A stretch of 27,146 nt of DNA, from NCBI GenBank assembly GCA_003344405.1, contig NOWV01000252.1, positions 62,001-89,146 on the forward strand. Reading direction: 5' to 3'. Each line of letters begins with the position of its first letter. Within the stretch, counting starts at the first letter, position 1. The position numbers and the translations under genes are program-made. Origin of the DNA: Trichoplax sp. H2. Taxonomy: Eukaryota. Shown here piece after piece: positions 1 through 10,499 of this stretch. Under the pieces are notes generated by a model, which was given only the letters and a program-made list of their open reading frames with translations, was not told the origin of the DNA and made no database searches.

Positions 1-944
1 AAATCTACTTCGCTGGACTGCTACTTTTCTAACTTGTATAAAATTTGCGCCATACACTTAAATGTTTTAAAATTTTAACTTGATACTTATTTAATCTGTG
101 TTAATGCTACTAATTTGCAGTCTATTCCTACGTTGAGTCGGAGTATATACTGAAGCTCGAGGTAAATATCGAGGATATATAAGTCAGTCGTTTGATAGAA
201 TCTTAATAGGAGCTTAAAAATAAATTCGCGTGTTGTACTATTTTGTTATTTTAGACTAGCTTATCACGAGCCTACAATTTCATAAATTGTAATAAAGCAG
301 ACTTAAATCTCTATTCAGTTTTTCTAATTTTTATTGTGAGTTATAGCTGTAGAGAAGAATAAAATATATTGGTTATTATTACTATTCTCTAGTTTGAATT
401 TACTATAACAGGCAAATATATGATATCGATGCTTAATTTCGCGCAAGATTTAATTTAAAGTATACATGACTAAATATAAAGAATAATTATTACAAAATTA
501 ACGATATTTCAAAATAACACAATAACTATTTGTTTAGTTCAATACTCTAGCTCTACTGGACTCGTCTAGGGATTTCTAGTAAAACTTCCTTGTTAGAAAG
601 TAGAAGACTTTTTAAAACGTAACATCGCTTATTAAGTTTAATCTACAAACCTAATATCAACAAGATAGCCGTATAAACCTAATACTACTCTTACTTAATA
701 CACATGGGTTTTAAACTGTAACCTTAAGCTTACTCGAATCCAATTATATATTATTATTAAGTTATATCTGAATTTATTATAGTAAACTTGTTGAAATTGT
801 GTAATTCAGCTTACTTTCGAAATATCTAAGCATGCTAATAATAATTTCATTACAAGAAATAATCTATGTTTTATTAATCACGTAATGATGAATACACGTG
901 AATAAATAACGCAGCATGGCAGTACATTGGAAGCGTTAGCACTG

Positions 945-2045
945 CTAAATCTCTGTAATTACGATATTTTCATGTGGGCTAGATTTTATTTCTCTAGGAG
1001 TCGTAGGTTCAACTTTACGATGGAGGCAATTTAATATCGGAGATTGACAATGTAGCCGAATTCTAATATCTTGAAATCGAAAGATTAAGTAAATTATTGG
1101 ATCAAGAGCTGCATTAGAATGAGGAAGTATACCAATTATTTTCTGAAATTTAGATATTTGGGTGGGTGTTCCATTTAGGTAACTAATAGCTCCAGCAGTC
1201 GAAATAAAATAAAAAGCAAATATATTTGTAGAGGTAATGAGAATAAGCATTACCTGAAATCGTCTTTCAAAAGTAGACGATAATTGAGATCTAAATGTTA
1301 ATCTTGACTTTCTTAGTTTATATATTATTATCGCATATAAGACGGTTGTTATAGAATAAGCGAGAATAACGTAACCTAACACGCTAAATGCCCTTATCGT
1401 ATGATTTGAGTTCAAATAATATTCGCCAACACATAAATTACGATAAAACTCAAAATAGTACGCGGATCTAAGATGATAATAAGAGAAATCGAAGATGGTA
1501 TTTCCTACAGTTGCGGCAACTCCTAATATCCATAATATCGTAGTTATAATTTTAGCTCTTTTTATAGTCAATCTCCAATTGCTACGCGGATAGACACTTA
1601 ACATAAAGCGATCGATCCCGATACATAAAGTAATTGTTGCTGCCATCAATAAATTTATGGCTACTAGAGAATGTGCTACGCCGCACGTCGTGCTAACTGA
1701 CCATACATTCTTTATTAGAGAAAAATTAGCGCTTGAGCCATAGATGTGTCGATAGTAGCTGGTGTAATAAGAGTCCGATATGACGAGTATAAACATATAA
1801 ATAGAACCTACAAGATCGCAAAAAAGTAAGTTAAGTAATAGCCACACGGAGGGATTCTTAACAGCAACCATTGAATGACGATGATATTCTTTCTTTCTTG
1901 CTGAGAATTTATAAATAAGTGATTCCCATACTGTATAACTGATAAGAAATAGATTTAACGGTAACCCAATTAGAGCGATAGACCATGCTATCGGACGTAT
2001 CGAGTCAATCTCAAGAAACACAGAATATCGGCTAAAATTGTCCAT
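945..2045 (-). CDS. Class A GPCR, LGR/RXFP/GRL101-like 7TM domain without LRR/LDLa ectodomain (366 aa)
   Basis: Intact ORF with 7 hydrophobic segments. LGR-type signatures: IRPIAW..N (TM1), NLLFCDLVGSIYMFILVISDSYY (TM2), WSVSTTC (ECL1/C3.25), IGIDRF (DRY), ECL2 NLC, LPHSNAALDPIIY (NPxxY as DPIIY). N-glycosylation sequon NFS at residues 3-5. An in-frame TAA lies 4 codons upstream of the ATG. Confidence 0.92.
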   Translation of the reverse strand: MDNFSRYSVFLEIDSIRPIAWSIALIGLPLNLFLISYTVWESLIYKFSARKKEYHRHSMVAVKNPSVWLLLNLLFCDLVGSIYMFILVISDSYYTSYYRHIYGSSANFSLIKNVWSVSTTCGVAHSLVAINLLMAATITLCIGIDRFMLSVYPRSNWRLTIKRAKIITTILWILGVAATVGNTIFDFSYYHLRSAYYFEFYRNLCVGEYYLNSNHTIRAFSVLGYVILAYSITTVLYAIIIYKLRKSRLTFRSQLSSTFERRFQVMLILITSTNIFAFYFISTAGAISYLNGTPTQISKFQKIIGILPHSNAALDPIIYLIFRFQDIRIRLHCQSPILNCLHRKVEPTTPREIKSSPHENIVITEI

Positions 2046-3013
2046 AAAGTCGTCTTATTCGATCAATATATTGTTCTATTTACAGGGGAATGGATGATGT
2101 GGAGCAAGTTATAGAATAAAATATTACGTACGTATGATTTTAATCGTAAATATTAGTCTTACTTATAATAAATAATTTATGGTTAGATATGGAATAAGAG
2201 ATTGCCAATAAGTGATCTTAATGCTTAAAAATGAGTCTTGTTGAGAATGATAGAATAAATGCTAATTAGTATATTATGATTTACAATTAACGATGAGATT
2301 TATAAGAATTTAACTGTTAAAACTTTTAATCAAAATGTGGCACTGTACTATTAATTATATTTTATTAGTACAAAGAAAACTGGAAACGAGCTGTTTGATT
2401 AGATTAAATGTCAGGATACAGGGTTCGGATGATAATAAATATGTTGACAGTTTATACAAGAGAGAAGTAATTCCAAAATCCAATTTTATCGTTTCTAGGA
2501 GTCGTCATCTAAGTTAATATTTTAGTATTAATAAACATTAATAATGTAGTTAATAGAAAAGAAAAATAAATCTTTAAGTATTTTTTAGCTTAAAATAGAG
2601 ATATTGACAATAATAAAGGCAATAAAATTAAGATAAACTTATCGCGGCTTGATTAGTCACTCATTCCTAACTTTTTGATGAATGGCTTTTATAGATTAAG
2701 TTCTTGATCGTAAAATCTAATTTAATGCTTAGAATGAAATAAAATTAGATTTCAAAGAAGAAATAGTTCATGAAATAAGTTTCGTTGTAGTTCAGACTTC
2801 TCTGTAAGGTCTAATAAAAGGTTAATATAGCGATTAGTTTATAAATGATGCCTAATATATGGTTAACTTCTATCTAATCTAACACAATAATTAATAAGAG
2901 ACTACGCGGTCAATATTACAATCCATGTCATGCATTATATAATTATAAATGTGCATTGAAAGGAAAATATATAATAGCCATAATATTTATCACCAAATGA
3001 AATTTAATTTCCT

Positions 3014-3063
3014 TTTTATTTGGCTATCGTCATCTTTTATTTGGCTATTGTCATCTTTTATTT
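3014..3063. repeat. 21-bp tandem repeat, ~2.4 copies
   Basis: TTTTATTTGGCTAT(C/T)GTCATC at 3014-3034 and 3035-3055 (1 mismatch), plus a partial TTTTATTT. Confidence 0.9.
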
Positions 3064-4126
3064 TACTCGTTTTCTTTGTGATTTTACTTAATAGCTGTCT
3101 TTGCAGATGTTATCTAAACATTATTTTCATGCAATGTTATGCCTTTTATTATAAATAGGAGGATATTATTATACTAGCAAGGTTTTTGCATAAACCTATT
3201 TCTAAATAATGCAATGAATACTTGTTATTATAGATTTATTTTCAAAGAATGAATTATAAGTAGAGTGAATAAAATGGTAATCATTCGACAACAAATAAGA
3301 AAAATGCTTTTCGTAGTCCTATTAAAATTTAGCTAACTTAAAAATATCTCTGTTTTCATTTTCACTAAAGTAATAATAATCTATTATATTTGCTTGAGAT
3401 TAGTAGTGGAGTACGAATCAAGTTTTTACCAAGTTAGTCTAAGGCGTTTAAGATTATACTGGTTGGTCTTAGCTTACTTAAAATAAAATAGAATACAGTA
3501 GAATATCATGATATCAAAGCATCTACATAAATCAAACTTTTACGACAATAAAGTACTTACGTCGAATCTACGGATTATAGTTTCATTAAAGACAGTAATT
3601 TTCAGTATAATTATACATACAAAGAAAAAATTCTTTCACAGCTTTAAGATAGGACTTTACTGTAATGAAGTAGATAGATCCAAAATTTAGAATTGTTACA
3701 AGTTAGCACTTACCCATTTTCTAACAGAGGAAATATGATGAGTTGTTACTGTAGTATAGATCCCTGTAAATAAAATACATTTTATTTATGGGCCCGATCT
3801 TATATACCAGCTCACCTACAGTTTATTAGGTACAGTTGATAACACATAATACCAGATATTTACGCTTATCTGGACGCTCGGTACTGATTCATATTACTTT
3901 AATAATTGCAATCATCTGATAACTACTGCACTGTACTATAACGCAATGAATATTTCAGCAGCAACGCGTAATAGTATATTGCAAATTGTGTATACTCGTA
4001 TTCTCTGAGATAGAGTTTGCTAGTTCTTTTAGACGTTTACAAATGTTTATTTAAGCTACGACCATAATTTACTTATAACACGATCTCATTAGTCATCTTT
4101 TACAATGTCACACAAGTCTACTTCGC

Positions 4127-4677
4127 TGCAATGTAACTAGTATTGTGATTGTAGACTGTTAGCCATATTTAGTAGAATGTACGGTAGATATTTATCCTAA
4201 GAGATATTTGGTAGCTATAACTATAGACTGTATTGGTAGAGACTCTATGCTAGAGTACGGATGACTATATACAGTAAGGTGTCGAGTTACTAATATGGCT
4301 ATAGGTAAAAATAGAACTGTAAATCATATATTAGGATATGGTTAATTCATTGTGCTTTGGCTGGTGTGAATAATGTCTACGTAAGTACTGTAGTCGTATC
4401 CATATTGGATTAATGATGGTCCGTAGTAGAATAGTGTTACTAAGAATAATTTAACTATGTGTAAAATAAGGTAAAAGGTTGACATGCGGATTGTAGCCGC
4501 GAATGCTACGGAAAGTATAAAAGCAGACAACTTTAGATTATTCTATTAGTTCGTTGTAGAAATCTTTAGTAGTAATATTCGGCTAGAGTAGAGCTGTATG
4601 TAGTTAATCTTTGCATAAGATTCAATAAAGCCCTTATTTTTCTAAAATTTGGAATCTCGTGATTGGTATATATCACA
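4127..4677 (+). mobile_element. Solo LTR, copy 1 (551 bp), no matching TSD
   Basis: TG...CA termini (TGCAATG...TATCACA). TATAAAAG at 4516-4523 and AATAAA at 4624-4629, in U3-R-U5 order. Aligns end to end with 20724-21280 (19 substitutions, 1-bp and 5-bp indels by manual count). Flanks TTCGC / ATATA do not match. Confidence 0.85.
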
Positions 4678-7600
4678 ATATACTTTATGTTCTTTAAGTA
4701 AATCAGTTTCAAATGAATTAAAGAACCTATTTTCTATTTTAATCTAGTTTCCAAAGCATAAGCTACGCAAGATAACAATTGCTGATCAATTTTGTATCAG
4801 TTTCTTTAAAATAAATACTATAGTACATGTTTTGTAAGCATCTGTCGTTATAATTCTAATAGCTAATTATAGCGTATAATAAATTAATTACTAAACGGAT
4901 ATAATATAAAATGCTTGCTATATCTTCTCCTGCTACTTAAAGAATAGCCTTGCATTTATGTACTGGTGGGCCTAACTACTATGAATTTGTTACGTTTCAA
5001 ATATACCATACTAATATATATTTCTAAACAAAGGTGTACAAAAGAAATTATTTGCAGCCTCTAAACATATATTGTATTTCTGCTACTTTGACCAAAAAGA
5101 ATTCAAAAGTCAACTTCTGATGAGCAACAAAGGAAAATGAAAAAATAGTTTTGAGCCTCTAGCAAAGTAGTGCCATATATGCAATAAATTTCTGATTAAT
5201 CAAGTACAGAACCGTAATTAGCATTAGTTGCAATGTATAATATTTTCACTTTATTTGCGGAACTAATTTCAATCAGCTATTCATCAGTAATCTATAATTT
5301 AAACATAAAAGGATTGCTTCCAAAAATTAATTTAATGCTATAATTCAATTATTGAAATCACTAATAAAAGAATAAATGCGAGAAAATATCTTAATTGTAG
5401 TCGTCTAGCATACTATCTACATCTATTAAACATGTCTAGTTACGTATTATTCGGTATACTCTTTCCAATTTTGATATTAAATCCTTAATCTGATGAGAAA
5501 TCAAATTATGAAACTATTTTCAAAATAGAAGCAATCAGTTTCATATAAACCTTCTTTTGCCCTTACAATTCTGATATAGAAGATCCTGAAGTTAGTAAAT
5601 AAAGCAGTCGGTAACACAATGTCCACCACAGTAAATAAAATAAATTATTACCGATGACAAAATTATGTCAGATTCTTGAGTCTGAATCAACACCACAAAG
5701 CAGCAAAACAAAACCTTGGGCAACACCTGGCACAGGATGTATTAGAAACTAGACCCCTCAATTTCAAATTAGACTAATAAATCTTTGAAGTAAAGATTAG
5801 AAAGAGTTTTTATATCCATGACAATTGTTTAGTAGTTCACACCATTACAATTTACCGATAAATGACTGAAATCTGATTTTAACTTATTAAGGCTTGCAAC
5901 ACTTGTAATTATAATGAGCAGTACTTTTGACTCTGACCATCTCTCATCACAATGAGTTTCTCGAGCATAATTTTTAGGATTTAATAGATTTATGAATGTA
6001 ATGATAATTTTTATTGCCATATGCATCAACAATAGTATTCAAAATTAAACGATTTAATTTATTTATAGCTAGCCTGCAGATGTAACATCTTTATATCTAC
6101 AGTATATGAATTAAATATGTGCATAAATAAAGTCATATACATTAATTTTTTAGTAAAGAAAAGTAATGGTTCAAATTTAGTCGGTTAAAATTTTTTATTT
6201 AATAATTTCTATAAAGAAGAATTGTATAGTTAAACAAAACTGAATTTGTGATGCTAAAATACTCACCATATTAAAAAGAAAATGTATAGCGTAGTGAACG
6301 TCGTCATTGAATATTTCCACATAAAATTTCAATAAGGACTTCAGTATTATAATAACCGTAGATATGTTTTAATAGCTTAAATATCATTATTATTATAAGA
6401 TAATAGTACGAACTCACGTTGCTTTGCTGACGGTTTACGATAATGTACCCATTTGTTAATAATTAACAGATAGTATTATCATTCGACATTATATATATCC
6501 CGGAAATAGCCAGGCACTACAATATTCACAGCTATGCTTCTAGAATACTACTTTTCAATAATGCATTCACGGATGAAATGCTATGAAATGCTATGAAATG
6601 CTATATTAAGATTAGTTAATGGTCCAAAGCACATTATGATAACTAATGTACGTGATGGACATACCAAGTTAAGATTAGCAGGTACTGTAAGATATCTACT
6701 GTGCCGTATAAAGTCCTTAGTACTGTGGTCAATTCTAGACCAATCATTATAATGTGTCTAAGGATCGCTTGCGTATACAAGCAAAGCTTACTTTGTCGAT
6801 AACAACCATTATAAGAAAATGTAATAATCAAAATGACTGTGTAGAAAACTCTATAAAGACTCTATGTTTATTCAATTTTCATCACACTATTACATCAAAT
6901 CAAAATTGAAAGGCCCAGTAGCCACTTTTAGCGATATAACGAATACTATTTTAAAAATCAGTACTCTACACAAATTGCTACCTTAGAGCTATTCGTTTTA
7001 CATGAAGAAATCTTGTGGTAAAAAGTACTGTAAGAATCTTAAACTGACCTATTGAAATGAACCCATAATCACAGTCATCTAACAGTAGTATAAATAGCCC
7101 CGCGCTGCTCACAAATCTGAAACAAGAAGCAAATACCACAGGAATTTATAAAAAACATGAACCTTTATGAGAGCATCCTTTAATGATGGAAGAATACAGA
7201 TATCTCGGGGTATAGCCTAGAATATCTGCAGCTAATTTATAGTTAATTTGAAATAGTCTACAAGTAATAAAAAGTTTATAGCCAATGATACAAAGTAGCT
7301 GTTATTATCAGACTACAGGTGCCGGAAACTTATTATCATATCGATAGCATTAGCAGATTCATCGCTTTTTACAACAATAAGAATAAGGATCCTTTCTTTA
7401 CTGAAGAATGGGTCATCAATAAAATCAAAGAGCTACCTTCGTTAATAAATTTTTCTCATAGAAGACCAGCTCCTTCGCTTGCTTACGACCTAATATTTTA
7501 TTGATCTGAAAGTTAAAAACTCATTGTCACAGACAGCTCGTGACAAAGACAACTAAATCTAGATAATCTTCAGATTGAGCTTCGACAGCTGTGTGCGTCC

Positions 7601-8450
7601 TCAGTAAACAAGAGATGGACTAGGCTATAGGATTTTTAAAGTAGCTTATATTTAGCTCTTCTTGGCATCCATGGTTAGTTGGCTCATCGTCAACTCAGCT
7701 ACTGATGGGAACGCCGGCCTCTATACGAATATGCTCAAGGTCGGCTACCACCAATGCACAATTTAGCAATCCAACTCTAATATATATATAAGTTTGTAGG
7801 GCTAACTGGCTACAGAGTCCAGTTTGCCAGACTGCGTAAACAACACTAATGAGTTACGAACTAATCAAGAACCAATTAACATTCAGAAGCTCAGCATGGT
7901 ATAGTAAAAACACTATGTATGAGCTGCACTGGCTATCTCGTAATGCTCATTATTTTTCAATAGAAACAACTAGAACAAATTATTAAACATCTAATTGATA
8001 GGTGTTCATCAAAAGTTTAATAATCGAGGCTAGGGCAATAACAATAATCAATTACAGACGACGGAGCAGCTATGCCTCATCATACTCATACAGTCTGTTT
8101 TATGAATCTCACCAATGTGAGTAAGTCTATGACATCATCAGAAATAAAGGCAGCTGAAGATTCATTACATTAATAATTAAATAAGTCAAAATCGATGTCA
8201 TATAATTAATTTTTGATAAGTTTATTTCTTAAAAATGCCATTCTACTGATAAAGGAATCTTTTAAATTGATTCAAAGAATGATCTTTTTATTGCAAATAA
8301 CGATCAGTAAGCTTAATAAAGCTGCCCTCCTACTACATGTATAACAGTTTCTGTAGGTAAAACTTCATCATCATTTTACTAGACTTAAGGATTGAAATTT
8401 TATCTGACACGTATTTTAATTGAACAGTGTTCATAATTTATTTGATATTG
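4678..8450 (+). mobile_element. Decayed non-LTR retrotransposon ORF2 (APE-RT-CCHC, L1/Tx1-like architecture), fossil A; 5' end cut by LTR copy 1
   Basis: Motifs in order, read across stops and frameshifts: IANYS (GDFN-like, 4859-4873), T.DQK (SDH-like, 5085-5098), TKPWATPGTGCIRN (RT domain 0, 5708-5749), AYFVDN (YADD-like, 6786-6803), YRYLGV (7195-7212), RDGLGYR..FLAS (GGLG motif, 7611-7670), CP...C (8323-8340). Spacings largely parallel fossil C. The 3' boundary is approximate. Confidence 0.65.
6573..6604. repeat. 10-bp tandem repeat (ATGAAATGCT)x3.2
   Basis: Three perfect copies plus AT, lying inside fossil A. Confidence 0.95.
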
Positions 8451-9011
8451 CCTTATATAAAGTAAACGAAAATATGACTCAAAAACATTTTATTACGATA
8501 GCTATAACAAAGAAAAATGTCTTTCAATAATAAATCTTTGGCGTACTGATTTACCGTACATCAAATTTAGTCAATACTAGTAGTTATCAATATTTAAATT
8601 TACGTCTTAGTGGTAAATTTGCTTTAATTTTCCTACTAAAACAGGATAAAAATGTTTTCTAACCAAGTCAGGCAAAGATATTATATTTAACAATAAAATC
8701 ATAATTGTTAACATATGAAGTTATTTTGCAACGATTATTATCGATTTCAATAGCATCAACTAAGGTAGTAAAAATAGTTTTAATATTAAGAAGTTAAAAT
8801 TAATCTAAGAACATAATTGCATAATAATCATTGAGTTATTATAGCTGTTATCTGATACACTAATTTTTAAAATATCATTTATTATTACATTATAATAAAA
8901 AAACGACGTAAAAAGGAATCGTAAAGCTTATAGTTTAATACTACTGTTTGCTACAATTAAACTTAAACATATATCAAAAATTATATAAATCTAGATAACG
9001 TAAAATTTCAT

Positions 9012-10082
9012 CTATCGCAGCTCAAAATTTTGATGAAACATCGGTAAAGAGTCATTTTTTTTATCGTTAACAGTCGAATGTATAGGATGTGATAACATAA
9101 CCACTTGAGAAACGGTCGTACGTGAGGATGTACTCTTCTTTTTGCTGCATATTAACCGAAGATTCTTCCAGCACTTCTTGGCTTCATCTTTAATTAATGT
9201 GTTAAAATAAACAATTAATAGCGGATGAATACCAAGATAAATAATAGCAAATAAATATGTTATGTAGGTTGGTATAAGAAAGACATATCTTCGCGTTGAT
9301 AGTAAGGCAGTATAGCAAATGAAAAAAGGATAAAATGCTATAGCATATATACCGATCACCATAAACATTTGAATTAGCGCTTTTCTGTGTTGTAGCATTA
9401 GTTGATAAGTTGATGATGGCTGAGATAGAACAAGATTACGTGTCTCCGACCAAGTTTTCCTTTGCATGGCATAGATTTTACATAGTATAACGCTGTATGA
9501 AATAAACGTAATGATAGAAGGTAAAAACAAAACAGCTGGTACCAAAACATAGTTAAAAATAAAGTACAATTCAGAAATAGTAAGCCAGCCATAGCAGTGG
9601 CCAACTTGCCTAAGCGAAGTCAAAGTAATTAAAATATATATGGAGCAAATTGGAATAGCCCAAGTGAAAAATAACGTAATTACAGCACTTTTTTTATTTG
9701 CATAACGTTGATACTTAAATGGATATACGACGGAAAAAAATCTTTCCAAGCTAATTGCAGCAATATGTGCATTAAAAATACCAGCACAGGTCAATTCAGT
9801 TGGATTTCCAACAACGCATGTTAATAGTGTGATACGAAGTGATCTATCAGAAATTTGATTAACGATAGCGGTAAAGACGATAATGAAACCAAATAACAGA
9901 CTTGAAATACAACTGCTACAAATAATAATATTCGAAGGCACCCTCAGCTGGGATTTCGATAAAATAAAAATAACGAACGCTAGATTAATGATTATGGTAG
10001 GAATAAATACGTACGCTGAAAGGGTATAGCGATTAAATAACGAAAATTGTGAAGAGGTACTATTATTACCCGAGAAACTCAT
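9012..10082 (-). CDS. Orphan class A GPCR (356 aa), paralog of 18681-19799
   Basis: Intact ORF with 7 TM segments. N-terminal NNS/NST sequons, N1.50 (IINL), LRVPSN (ICL1), C3.25 plus an ECL2 Cys, ISLERFFSVVYPFKY, W4.50, FLP..Y (TM5), FYPF (TM6), HP in TM7. Confidence 0.93.
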   Translation of the reverse strand: MSFSGNNSTSSQFSLFNRYTLSAYVFIPTIIINLAFVIFILSKSQLRVPSNIIICSSCISSLLFGFIIVFTAIVNQISDRSLRITLLTCVVGNPTELTCAGIFNAHIAAISLERFFSVVYPFKYQRYANKKSAVITLFFTWAIPICSIYILITLTSLRQVGHCYGWLTISELYFIFNYVLVPAVLFLPSIITFISYSVILCKIYAMQRKTWSETRNLVLSQPSSTYQLMLQHRKALIQMFMVIGIYAIAFYPFFICYTALLSTRRYVFLIPTYITYLFAIIYLGIHPLLIVYFNTLIKDEAKKCWKNLRLICSKKKSTSSRTTVSQVVMLSHPIHSTVNDKKNDSLPMFHQNFELR

Positions 10083-10499
10083 GGCGAATCAAATTTACAG
10101 CAATATCAGTTAGAAAGTTAATACAAAATATTTCTTATATCCATATTATATTAAGCTTAAAACGCAATTTCCAAGTCACAACTTCCAATAATTAGTAAAA
10201 TAAAAACAGATACAACTTCATTTAAAAGTTATCAGAATGCAATAAGAAATCAATATGCCCCTATTCGATACAAGTTGGATATATACTATACGCTTGGAAA
10301 ACAATAACAAATGGTGATAACGATTAGATAATAGCATTAAAAATTATATTATGCAAATAAACAATAGGTAAACTATCGATACTTGGTAGTTATAGTTCAA
10401 GCAACTGTCGTGTCTTCTTAGACAAAAGGGTATGTAGACTTATTAATATCGTAACTTTGATTAAAATATCAAAAAAATGATTTAATAACGGTTGGTTGC

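Noticed and set aside
4..15. 12-bp match TCTACTTCGCTG to the left junction of LTR copy 1
   Set aside because: The match is short, does not extend, and is compatible with chance.
4141..4680. MITE interpretation from the TATTGTGAT/ATCACAATA inverted repeat
   Set aside because: The 9-bp match is not kept in copy 2. Homology and the TSD define TG..CA ends outside the left arm, and TATA plus AATAAA fit an LTR.
6411..6437. NSRCFADGL as the RT catalytic motif of fossil A
   Set aside because: It lies ~780 nt before YLG and out of order relative to the other motifs. AYFVDN at 6786-6803 fits better.
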